Source: Octopus sinensis (Eukaryota). Taken from it: a stretch of DNA of 64,000 bases. The translations under genes were made by a program, and so were the position numbers. Below the pieces are notes generated by a model, which was not told the DNA's origin, ran no database searches, and saw only the letters and a program-made list of their open reading frames with translations. How positions within the stretch are numbered: the stretch's first letter is position 1; every line of letters starts with the position of its first letter. Location: the NCBI RefSeq assembly GCF_006345805.1, contig NC_043003.1, forward strand, positions 99,386,001 through 99,450,000, written 5' to 3'. Positions 12,401-25,115 of this stretch are shown here, in pieces.

Positions 12401-13409
12401 AAAAGTCTTGAAATCACGCTCATATTTCGATGATAGCTTTTGAAATGTTGGAAAATGAAAACACCAATTCTAATGCTTACCTAATGTACTTTCAGTTATA
12501 TTTGGTGAGAACTATATTTGAATGTTCCAGTTAATCTTGAAATAAGACATTGTTTAATGAATTGAAGTCGATAAAAATTAAACGCCTGTCACGAGGAATA
12601 CACGCATAGAAGCATATATACCTGTCTATATGTATGTATACCCTTATATGCATATATATCGATATATAAAGATATGTGCCTATGTATGTATGTATATACA
12701 TACATACACACACTCACACATACACATTACCTCTATCTCCTCTTATTCTTTCTCTCTTTGTCTGTCTCACTCTTTATACAGACACACATACACACACACA
12801 AGCGCGCGCGCACACACACATTGAACCTAGGAATTCCAGCGACAAAAGCTCAGTAACGTGGATGACACCAGGTAGCCATAATTGATGAAGATGCTTTGCA
12901 GGCACACCAGCTGGGACATACCCGAAACAAGGTTTGGATATTGCAGTTTAATGTCTCTTTTCTAAACTTTAATTTTAAATTTTAAATTTAACTATATATA
13001 TACATACATATATATATATATAGTAGCTGACGTACCCGGTAATTCCCGGAAAAGCGGGGCTTATCCCTTGGTTCCGTTCTCATAATTGTTTCTCTAATCC
13101 AGTAACAACAATACAAAGTATGTAGCCCTTAAAAAGCTTTTTGTGCATTTACAGAGAATACCGAACTGTCTTACACAGGATCTTGTTTTTAGGAATTCCC
13201 AATAAGTTATGAATACCCAAAAGTCAGTTATGTAATAACATGAAATTAGTTACCCGATAGTAAGAATTCAAATAAAGTAGCCCCGATAAGGGCTTTAATG
13301 CGTTCCCAGAGTATACAGATCTTAGGAGGAAATACTAATAAGGTATGTATATTAAAATTGTGAAGCATGTTACGTAATAACAGGCTAATAGATACCACCC
13401 CCCTTTTTT

Positions 13410-15130
13410 TGGTTATTGTGGTGTGTTTGTTTCGAGTGCGTCATTGTGAAGAGGTTGTGAGTTCGAGTTCGTTGGAGGACGTTGAAAAGTTTTTTATTGG
13501 AGATTTTTGAAAATGCAAGAGCAGACTTATGCGAGAGCAGCAGGCAGAGGCCTAGTTGCCAGTGAACTGGAAATGGAAGAAGTGGTGGTCGAACAGAAAA
13601 CTCTAGAGAAGTATTTCGACAGTTTAAAGAGGGAGGGTGACTGCGTGAGAGTCACACCGTCCGAGGAGGAAGAAAGCAACACGGAGAAGCGTATGATAAC
13701 GTACAGGACATGGTGTGTGGCGTCGAAAAAAGTAGAAGTAGCAGAAACGGAAGAAGTAGAAAAGTGTCTGAAGGAAATTGAGGGTGAACCCACATTTTTC
13801 AAAAGAGGAAGGAAATATGCCACAGTGGTGGTATATTTTAAAACAGAAAATGAAGCAAAAAAGAATGCAACAAGAATTTTGAAAACGGATAAGTGGACTT
13901 TACTACCAAGTTACTGCGGAAGGAGGGCAGTGAGGATGAGAATTAGCAGAATTTCGCCCGAATTTAATATGGAGAGGTTGTTGGCGGCAGTGGTTTTCAA
14001 CTGCAAGGATAGTGTGGAGGTGTTGAAGGTGGAGAAGTCAACAGAGGTTAAGTGGTGGGGTATACGGTGCAGGTTCTGGCACACATAACCGTGCGAGACC
14101 TGTACAACATCCCGGAGGAGTTGGTCTACCCTGATGAGACACGGCTTAGAGTCGTGGTAGAGGGAAGACCCCCAGTCTGCTATAATTGTAAATCAAGGGG
14201 CCACATGAAGGATGTGTGCCCGCGGGAAAAAACGAAAGCACCGGAGGCTGTAATAGAGGAGTGTAAAGATACGTGTGTGGAGGAGGGAGAAGTGCAGGAG
14301 GAAACAAAAGAGCAGCTAAATGAGGATACGGAAGAAGAACGAGCAAGTGCAGAGGAGGAAAGAACAGAAGATAGGAAGAGAACAAGGGTGGAATCACCAC
14401 CGGAAGTGCAAAAAAAGAAAAAAATCAAAAGCAAGATAACAGAAGAAAAAGAAGAGAGAACACGCAAAGAACAGGAAGTAAAAGAGAAGGCAAGAGAGCA
14501 GCCAAGGTCAGAGTTTGACCAAGAATGGGAGACAAGAGTGAAAGAGCAGTTGGAAGCGTGTAAAAAGGGAAGAAGGCCTGCAGGAAAAAACCTGAAAGTA
14601 GTTGTGATGTATATCAAGAATACAGAAGTGGAAAAGAGACTTGCAGGTAGGAAAGGGTTGGTCAGGGTGAAGTTGAACCCAAAACTGTATGGTGACGATG
14701 TAAAAGGCGCAGTTATAGAAAAAGAAACATTCACAAAATTAAAAAAGATATTTAATGCTATTTATATAACGCATTATGTACGGTATGACAATTTACCAAA
14801 TGTAATAGACCAAATGGACTTAATAGAATATATGACGGACGAACGTCCAATATAAAAGAATTAGAATATATGTAATGTTAAAAAGTAAAATTGTTAATTG
14901 TAAAATTGTAAAATGTAAAATTGTATTTTGAACTGGAATATATGTAATTGTGAAATGTACAATTGTATTTTAAACGGAACTGCGAGTTGGGGGTTCGTAA
15001 GCCGTTCCATCTCATTATATATAATTCATCTTTATTTCATATTTTATTTTTACTTTATGTACCCCACGTCCCGTCTTGTAATGTCCCGTCTGAATTAGGG
15101 CCATCGTGCCCAGAATAAAGATATAAGATA
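13410..15130 (+). mobile_element. ORF1-only retroelement (~1.7 kb)
   Basis: Short 5' UTR, single gag-like ORF, ~270-bp 3' UTR ending ttgtaatgtcccgtctg...gggc-catcgt-gccc-agAATAAAga. Confidence 0.75.
13513..14855 (+). CDS. LINE ORF1/gag-like nucleic-acid-binding protein with CCHC zinc knuckle (~447 aa if one frameshift at ~14057 is corrected)
   Basis: Two overlapping ORFs joined at G-run tggtggggtat; CYNCKSRGHMKDVC knuckle; E/K-rich tract; basic KKKKIK motif. Confidence 0.8.
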
Positions 15131-15349
15131 TGAGCTAATAATTCAAAGTAAATAACTCTGAAAAGGGCTTTGTGCGTTCCCAGAGAATGTTACCCTTAGC
15201 GGCGCTAGTGGTTGGTATATTCGTGAATAAGTCACTAACTGAAATAAGTGGATCTATTGTTTAGGAAAAGACTATTTATATGTTTAAGCGTTGTACTGGA
15301 TGAAATGCGAAAATAACTCTAACATTTCAAATACTAAGAAATAAGCATA

Positions 15350-16641
15350 CGAGGGGCGTTCAATAAGTAATGCCCCTGACCCACTTCCCATAGCAGTAGA
15401 GCAACGAAATTTGGCACAGTTATTAGTCTTTTTCTACATAGGAAAAACCCAGAGTTACGCATTTCTCCCATCGTTTGATGCAGCTCTGGAGACCGTTTTC
15501 GTAGAAGACCCCAGCTTGGTCCTCCAACCATGACGTGACTTCAGAAATCAAGGCTGCATCATCTGGGAAACGCTTTCCTTTCAAAAACAACTTCATGGCT
15601 GGGAAGAGGTGAAAATCAGAGGGTGCAAGGTCAGGAGAGTAGGGGGATGGGGGAAGAGTTCATAGCCGCACGCCTGTGCTTCTGATCTGGCGACACGCGA
15701 GTTGTGAACTGGAGCGTTGTCCTGCAGGAGGAGGATGCCTTTGCTGATCTTGCCCCGCCTCTTGGTTTTGATAGCTTCTCTTAATTTCCTCAAAAGTGAA
15801 GCATGATAGGCTCCTGCAATTGTGGTACCCTTTGCCAGGAAATCTGTCATCATTACTCCGTCCTGGTCCCAGAAGACTGTGAGCATGACCTTGCCAGCGG
15901 AGGGCTGCACCCTTGCCTCCTTCGGAAGAGGTGAGTCATGGTGCTTCCACTGCAGTGACTGGGCTTTGATCTCTAGATCATAGTGATGGACCCAGGTCTC
16001 ATCTTGTGTAATCAGTCTTTTGAAAAATTTTGACTCATCTTCTTGGCACATCCCTAAATTCATCCTCGAGCACTCGACGCGTTCTTGCTTCTGGAAAAGT
16101 GTGAGCAACCTGGGAATCCATCTGGCAGACACCTTTTGCATATGCAAATGGTCATGAATGATAGTTTCCACAGACCCGGTACTAATCTTGACCTCATAGG
16201 CTATTTGGCGAATAGTTATGCGTCGATCTTCCAAAATGGCAGCCTCAACTTGACGGACAGATGCCTCATCAATGGCAGAAGGGGGGCGACCAGATCTGGG
16301 AGCTGTTTCCACAGAGTTCCGACCATGTTTGAATTCACGATGCCAGCGTTTTACAAGGTCATATGATGGGGCATCATCACCATAAGTTACTTTCATTTCA
16401 TCAAAAGTCTCCTGTGTTCTGCGTCATTTCAAATACAAAAACCGGATCACTGCTCGACACTCAACAGGCTCCATTTCCCACTTGACTCATTTCAAACACA
16501 TGTAAATCAGAAATCACAGTTAGTTCGGAGCTGTAATTTGCCACGTAATCTATAGTAATATAAAGAATTGTACATGCAAAATTTCAGCTAGATCAAACAA
16601 CGGCAAGTGGGTCAGAGGCATTACTTATTGAACGCCCCTCG
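15350..16641 (-). mobile_element. Full-length mariner (DD34D) element
   Basis: TIR CGAGGGGCGTTCAATAAGTAATGCC at both ends, TA TSD; ARWIPRLL, ITQDETWVHHY, LLQDNAPVH, (Y)SPDLAPSDF; premature TGA after ATG at 16474 and a C-run frameshift near 15645. Confidence 0.95.
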
Positions 16642-17274
16642 TACTCAATTTCATTTTTACCAAATGATTTTCCTTGGTTGTTAAAATCTTGGTGAATGGG
16701 TTATTTTCCTTGGCTGTTAAAATTAAATATATTAAATATGTATAAGGACCCCTTCCAGAGGCCCTATTATCGATGTTTTCAACAATCTGAGTATGCCATG
16801 AGGTTTCCAGACCTGAATTCTACTCACGTGTCAAGTTTCATCAAAATCGATAAAACGATGTAAGAGGAGTTTGCTAACAACTCCACCAACACACCCACTG
16901 ACAGAATTTCCCATATATGTAGAAGATATCTGTGTTCGTGAGTGTGCGTACACTTATGCTTCTCCCACTTAGCAGATATACATGCATAGGCATTAGATAT
17001 TCACATCTATGCACTTATATAGCTTGTATACACGCACATACACGCTCATCGGCAATGGATCTGATGTCCAACGATACCTTCAAAGACAGGTTAGCCAGCT
17101 TGACGCTACCAAACTCCTTTCCAGCCTCGCGGTTCCTGAAAATTTTCTTTTTTTTTAATGTACTGGTGTCGCTGGAATGTCAATCTCACTTCTAATAACA
17201 CCATGTGACCCGCCTTCGTCAATAACAGCCCAGTTTTCGATAGACATCTTGGACGTCTATGGGTTGTGTGGATG

Positions 17275-17490
17275 AACAATGGCCTAGTGCTTAGGGCAGC
17301 GGACTCGCAGTCGTAGGATCGCGGTTTCGATTCCCAGATCGGGCGTTGTGTGTGTTTATTGAGCGAAAACACCTAAAAGCTCCACGAGATTCCGGCAGGG
17401 TGTGATGGTGAACCCTGCTGTACTCTTTCACCACAACTTTCTCTCACTGTTTCTGTTGTACTTGTATTTCAAAGGACCAGCCTTGTCATT
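17275..17490 (+). mobile_element. tRNA-derived SINE, 3'-truncated (same family as 21185-21557)
   Basis: A box tggcctagtgcttagg, B box ggtttcgattccc; body matches rc of 21340-21550. Confidence 0.85.
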
Positions 17491-17616
17491 AGGAAGCTAG
17501 TTTTCTGTAAGAAGCCTACGAAACTTTAAGTTACTTGGGGCCGAACGCCTACTAAACGTGCTGAGTACCTCTTTCTTTCGGTTGTCCATTCACCCGCATA
17601 TATGTATTATATATAT

Positions 17617-17667
<51 letters not shown>

Positions 17668-17703
17668 TATATATATCTATACAATATGTTACATTACTCG
17701 GTA

Positions 17704-17774
17704 GTCAAGATAAAACTCTGAGTTTCAGATGCCGAAGTGGAAATCCACAACACACATCTCTTCGGTTATCTGGC
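17704..17774 (-). ncRNA. Type I hammerhead motif in PLE pLTR
   Basis: rc GCCAGATAA-CCGAAGA-GATG...CATC-TGAAAC-TCAGA-GTT-TTATCTTGAC. Confidence 0.7.
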
Positions 17775-20051
17775 TATTTGAAAACGTTATGAAAAAATAC
17801 CGTTAAAAATGAAGGGAAATTACTCTGTTATAACTCTGCTTTGCCTGCGTACTTATACATCGCTCGCATTTTTCGTCATAAAAATTATATAAAAATACAT
17901 AAAATATATAAAAATATATAAAATTAAAAATCTTCTTGGGACATAACCAGAAAGCATGTTCTATCCGTTTTCTTTAGGGGACCAAAAACGTAACAGAAAT
18001 TTAGTCACATGTGGGCATGATCCGAAAAGCTCTGTCCTTGTATTTAGACATGTGGTAGGGTCTAAGCTGCTTTTCCAGATAAGCCATCTCTCCATGTCGC
18101 ATAAACCGCACCTTCCGCTGCCGTTAGTATAGGGCTTACATCTGGCCAAAATCTTCCATTGTATGTTATAATCGACACCTTTATCTCTTAAAGACCAAAT
18201 ATGATTGGATAATTGTGTCGCTTTTCTTTTGTTCCAGTGCCTAAAGCTCAAAGTGTGGTTATTGAACCTGGCCTTGAAATTACCCTCTGTCAGGCCCACG
18301 TATTTCTCTTCGTCGAAACGGTGTCTTTAGTGGTTATAGAGTTTACGGTAGCTTCATATATGATGGTCTTGGACATGCAAGCTCCATTTAGCGGGCACAA
18401 TTCTTTATTCCTGCATGAACAGCTGTTTTCTTCTTGTGTTTTTTGTATGTTATGATTGATTATGTTTTTAAAATTGGTAGTTGAACTAAAACTAATTTTT
18501 AAATTGTGTCTATTAAAGAGTTTCCTATAAGCATGGTTAACTGGAAAATGTCTATCTATCAGTGCTAGGAAATATTTACCTATATTGAAGGCCACCTCGG
18601 GTGAGTAAGGGGGCGTAAACCAGATGACCTTCCTATTTCTATTATTCCTTTTCCTTATTGTTGGGCTGGTGATAGGTGTATATTTTATTTTTTCGCTAAA
18701 ACCACTATCTTTTAAAGCTTTATTATAAACTGGGCAACGCTATTGAAGATGTCCTCATTAGATGAGAGGCTAGAAATCCTCTTACTAATATTTTTAACTA
18801 AATTTTTGAATACTATAGGGGGATGGCATGAACCTACATTAATATAACTTAGTCTATCATTGGGCTTCCTATAAGGCTTATAAATATTATTATTAAGATC
18901 TAAGGAAACGTCTAAGAAATTTACAACCGTCAGGTTAGTGTCTATAGTTATACTAAGTCCGAAGTGTTTCATTAACTGGATAATATCCTTCCTAAAACGA
19001 TCTTGTGCTGGTCCATTTGTATTAGCTGTTAAGGCGAGGGCATCATCTTTGTAGATGGCGAAATGTACGTTAGGGAATGTCTTACCGAAGGTATCTAGGA
19101 GAAAGAGTCCAATTAGATCACAGATGCCTGCACCATCATATGAACCCATGCTCACATCGAAAGCGCCCTCCGTGTCGGTGTTTTTTACCCACTTTGCATT
19201 CTCACTGAAAAGTAATGTCTTTCTAGCATGGAAGATTATATCCTTATCATTGGTACTAATTTCTATGAAGTCACTAGCGAAGATTAGGGCTTTATCTAGC
19301 AGTTCTTTAGAGATAGAGGCATAAAAATCAACAATATCGAATTGTGTAAACCTCGCTTTTTTCTTATTCTTAATAGCTTTAAACCAGTCTACGACTTCTA
19401 TACTATTGGACCATTGCACTAGCCTAGTATCGGTCTTAATTTTCGTATTTATTTTATCTAAAATTTCTTTGCTAATAATCCCTAGTTCTGACTTGGCTGG
19501 GTTGATAAGCCTACATTAGGGTTGGAAAGGAAGTTTTCTTGTGGTCTTTAATAGTAATAAAGGCCTCTTTTTGGGGAGGGTTTCTATTTTTTTATCTAAT
19601 TTAAGTTTAGCGGCGATGACGCTAGCTTCTTTATTAATTTCGTTATATGTCTGTGCCCTAGCCTTAGTATAATTATTAATGATGCTGTTGTGTAAGAGTT
19701 GTGTGTATTTGCTGTTATCTACCAGGTATAAGTTCTTGGTTTTATCCGAAAAAAGTGCTTTTTTCTTGGAGCTTTTTATATGATCAATATCTTTTTTCGG
19801 ATCATGCCCACATGTGACTAAATTTCTGTTACGTTTTTGGTCCCCTAAAGAAAACGGATAGAACATGCTTTCTGTGTTATGTCCCAAGAAGATTTTATAT
19901 ATTTTTATATATTTTTATATATTTTTATGTATTTTTATATAATTTTTATGACGAAAAATGCGAGCGATGTATAAGTACGCAGGCAAGCAGAGTTATAACA
20001 GAGTAATTTCCCTTCATTTTTAACGGTATTTTTTCATAACGTTTTCAAATA

Positions 20052-20121
20052 GCCAGATAACCGAAGAGATGGTGTTGTGGATTTCCACTTCGGCATCTGA
20101 AACTCAGAGTTTTATCTTGAC
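20052..20121 (+). ncRNA. Type I hammerhead motif in inverted PLE pLTR
   Basis: Same motif as 17704-17774 on the + strand. Confidence 0.7.
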
Positions 20122-20241
20122 TACCGAGTAATGTAACATATTGTATAGATAAATTTCCTCTATTTACATAATATTGAGGTCTCTTTCTTTCTTTTGTTAT
20201 CTTACCGTTTTATCAATATATATATATATATATATATATTC

Positions 20242-20720
20242 ACATCATCGTTCGACCGTGGTCGAGACAATGGAATTTACTATGTTACGTCAGACTTCAC
20301 GGTCCATCATGACATTACGGAGGTCCTGTTGCTGGATGCCTGTATCCCTGGAGATTACATCAGGGTAGGAGAGTGTGTGCCCTCTGATATGATATCCAGA
20401 GGAGAAGAGTAGAAATTACCTCGTTTTCAGCTCTACAACAATCTCCAGCAAACTGGACTCTTCTACCTTTCACAAGGGATGATACAGGTGATAATTTCCC
20501 ATATATTTGTACTTTGGTTGGATGACGCTTCCACGAGAGATTTTGAGCTCTCATAAGGAGGCGAGTGTAAGTTCAATCGAACCGCCTCTCAAGCTTCTTT
20601 GATAACGTCCAGGTTTCTGAGGCATATAGTAATGATATGCATAAGACCTGGTCATCAAATCTAAGTAGAGATTTCAAACTTAAAATCTTCAAAGCCACAG
20701 TCGAACCAATTCTACTATAT
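20242..20720 (-). mobile_element. RTE-like LINE 3' fragment with 5' inversion
   Basis: Minus 20242-20630: LYASETWTLSKKLERR...LLMRAQNLSWK...RRVQFAG; plus 20634-20720: DMHKTWSSNLSRDFKLKIFKATVEPILLY. Confidence 0.8.
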
Positions 20721-21184
20721 ATTCACGCACAAACACGATAGTCAACAGGTGAGATCCAGAGATGATCAATATAGAAAACACGTACTAGTGCTCAAATGAT
20801 TTGAATTTACACTCCGAAATCTTAATTGAGGACGAAGCTCGCGGGGTAAGGATTGGCTATAAGAGGAATCTAGATGCGCTAATAATCAAATAAACATGCT
20901 TGCACTTGATATATGCATATTTCTATACATATTTCTATACGTATAAGGCTCTATATAGAGAGAAACAAAAACAGAAAATATTCAGAAGGTCAACATTCAC
21001 GTATAAGCATATAGATATTGATATTTTTTCAGATCAGATTTACATGGAGTGCAAAAATACTGAAAACTAAAGGGAGAGGGCATAGTATTTCAGGTTCGGT
21101 GGCTGTTTCATGGAGCTCGGAATTACGTAATAGTTGTAATTTTGGAGTATGCAAAAAGTCAAGGATATGTAACTTGTAGTCGTA

Positions 21185-21557
21185 GCACTCCGTCGGTTAC
21201 AACGACGAAGGTTCCAGTTGATCCGATCAACCAAACAGCCTGCACATGAAATTAACGTGCAAGTGGCTGAGCACTCCACAGACACGTGTACCCTTAACGT
21301 AGTTCTCGGAGAGATTCAACGTGACAGAGAGTGTGACAAAGATGGCCCTTTGTGAATACAAGTACAACAGAAACAAGAGTGAGAGATACTTGTGGTGAAA
21401 GAGTACAGCAGGGTTCACCCTCACACCCTGCCGGAGCCTCGTGGAGCTTTAGGTGTTTTCGCTCAATAAACACGCGCAACACCCGGTCTGGGAATCGAAA
21501 CTGCGATCCTACGACCGCGAGTCTGCTGCCCTAACCACTGGGCCACTGCGCCTCCAC
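21185..21557 (-). mobile_element. Full-length tRNA-derived SINE
   Basis: rc ggaggcgcagtggcccagtggttagggc...gtttcgattcccag (A/B boxes); (ACT/ACA)n-like tail. Confidence 0.85.
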
Positions 21558-22164
21558 ACAACCTATAGTAGATGCAAAGAAACATTACCGCAAGTCCAGC
21601 CGCTGTCTTCAGGGTGAAGAGATTGACATCTAACATTTCAGATCACGATGCATGGAATTTAAAGGTAAAATAAACAAGAAGTGTAATACAGCTGGGTAGA
21701 AGGAGGAATTAAGCGGTTGAGAGGGTGGGGAGGCTGTTGCAGCAGAGGAAAGGCAAGAAGAGATAGGAGAGAGAGAGAGATCACGGAGAGGGAAAGGTTG
21801 AGTGAGCAGGTGATGGAGAGAAGTGGAAGTGTCGAGTTGTGAGAGATGAGTGAGAAAGGATGAGATGGGTATGGCTGCAAAGGGTGCTTTTTTTGTTAAT
21901 TTGTGTCATCCTCTCTCTTCTTTCTCACTTTTTACACACACACACGCACGCGCGCACACACATATATATATATAGATAGATATTTACATATAGATACATA
22001 CATATGTGTGTGTGTGTGTATATGTATGCATGCATGTGTTTGTTTTTGGATACACATGTATATATGTGTGTGTATATATATATATACGTGTATGTATGTT
22101 TGCATGTGTATGTATTAATGTGCAGGTATGTGTGACCATGTGTCTGCAGAAAGAAGGAAAGGAA

Positions 22165-22700
<536 letters not shown>

Positions 22701-23327
22701 GTAGTCCAAAAATTCATTGTCATTTAAGTAACAATATATAATATAATGAAATATATTTTATATACATTTGTGTAACTGAGCAGAAGGGAAGCAAATCTAC
22801 CAGCCCAATGGCTGCTGTGAGAAGTAAGACATGAACAGTGGGATTTTAAATATAAATTTGAAATAATATAAATCTGAAATAATTAACGGCAGTTGGGAGT
22901 TAAATCTGGATTCGAAGCGGTGGTCAAGAGGGAGAGATGTAAGCTTTGCTGAAAAAGAGTTGGCGGTGTTTTGAATGAAATGCAAACAGGGTTGAGATAA
23001 AGACGATTGGAAGATGAATGATATGAACAGCTTGTAGGGTTTTCATCATTAGGTTAACATCATGTTAGTGTCACTGGTGGATTTAATGATAAGCAAAGAC
23101 GCTGCATACACATTTAAAAAATACAGAAAGTGGGTATGTCTCCATTTCGTATGTGTGATTGAGTGTGTGTGCGTGTGTGTGTGTGAATGCATGTATGTAT
23201 GCACGTATGTATATATATATACATACATACACATATAAATAATATGAAATACAATATAATAAATATGTGTATTCAAATATATATATGTATATGGAGATGT
23301 AAACAGGAAAATAGAACTCAAAAAGCA

Positions 23328-23397
<70 letters not shown>

Positions 23398-23399
<2 letters not shown>

Positions 23400-23604
23400 A
23401 GGTGTCCCAGAAGTCGCACACTATTCTGGTTTCCATTTTAAATAATTAAAGCCTTTTATTTTATATTTTTTCTGCATGTTTTATTGTAGAGGGTGCTCAA
23501 TTTGAGCATTTGTTACGATTAATTTCAATAAAGAGTTTTTGAAATCAATAAGGGTGTATTCTTTTAAAAAAAACAGGGTGGTGAGCGACTTCTGGGACAC
23601 CCTG
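23398..23604. mobile_element. Tc1/mariner-type MITE (~207 bp)
   Basis: TIRs CAAGGTGTCCCAGAAGTCGC / GCGACTTCTGGGACACCCTG in a TA-repeat context. Confidence 0.85.
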
Positions 23605-23606
23605 TA

Positions 23607-23646
<40 letters not shown>

Positions 23647-23930
23647 CACATATTTTGCATGTGTGTATATTGAGTAATCGACATAAGTTACAGAGTGACT
23701 CAAGAGATGACATTTTCATACATTGCCGCTTATTAAACTGCTAATGCACTTACCAACTCTTGGTCCTTGAGTCACGCCGTAACTTCTACTGATTATTCGT
23801 TATATATATATGGTGTGTGTAAGTATGATACTAGTGTTAGTGTTTATGTTATGGGTGTGTACGAACATGATTTCAGTATATGTGTATGATGGTGCATGTG
23901 TATTTAATGTGTGTGTGTATGTGTGCGTGG

Positions 23931-24082
23931 TCAGTTGATCTGTGGACTGCCAAACTCCACAGTCAGTATGACGATTACTCCCACTGTAGCACCCATACCC
24001 ATTAGTGCTACGTACTTCACCGCTCGGCCCAGTCGTTTGGCTTGTTGGTAGCGTTTCTTGGCGAACGCCGTGTCTGATTGCA
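23931..24082 (-). CDS. Terminal coding exon of a putative CD225/dispanin-family membrane protein (PRRT2/TRARG1/SynDIG-like)
   Basis: Strong acceptor ctttctctttgtatttttcag| (phase 1), then (V)QSDTAFAKKRYQQAKRLGRAVKYVALMGMGATVGVIVILTVEFGSPQIN*; resembles the dispanin loop AxRLGRxAK plus a C-terminal TM helix. Confidence 0.65.
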
Positions 24083-24149
24083 CTGAAAAATACAAAGAGA
24101 AAGTACGTGTGTTACTAGCAGTAGGAACAGTAGCAGTATTAGTGCTATC

Positions 24150-25020
<871 letters not shown>

Positions 25021-25051
25021 CTCCTAACTACCCTTCTTATATTCATGGGGA

Positions 25052-25112
<61 letters not shown>

Positions 25113-25115
<3 letters not shown>

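Larger units (their letters stand above)
13023..16926 (-). mobile_element. Non-autonomous Helitron-like element hosting two nested insertions
   Basis: rc 5' A|TCTTCTACATATATGG...; 3' hairpin CCGGGAATTACCGGG, then CTAC|T; internal repeat unit (aattcaaa...aagggcttt...gcgttcccagag) continues on both sides of the 13.4-15.1 kb insert. Confidence 0.6.
17678..20218 (-). mobile_element. 5'-truncated Penelope-like element (RT + C-terminal GIY-YIG; Nematis-like, tentative) with inverted copy of its 3' end
   Basis: QFDIVDFYASI, SMGSYDGAGIC, IYKDDAL, VNFLDV, IIYEATV...YVGLTEGNFKARFNNH, CGLCDMER; 17678-18028 is the reverse complement of ~19797-20150. Confidence 0.92.

Noticed and set aside
12875-12945. 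TTGATGA...GAAACAAGGTT hammerhead-like trace
   Set aside because: Stems I and II are not supportable
17275-17345. tRNA-like sequence
   Set aside because: SINE head, continuous with the SINE body and multicopy; not a tRNA gene
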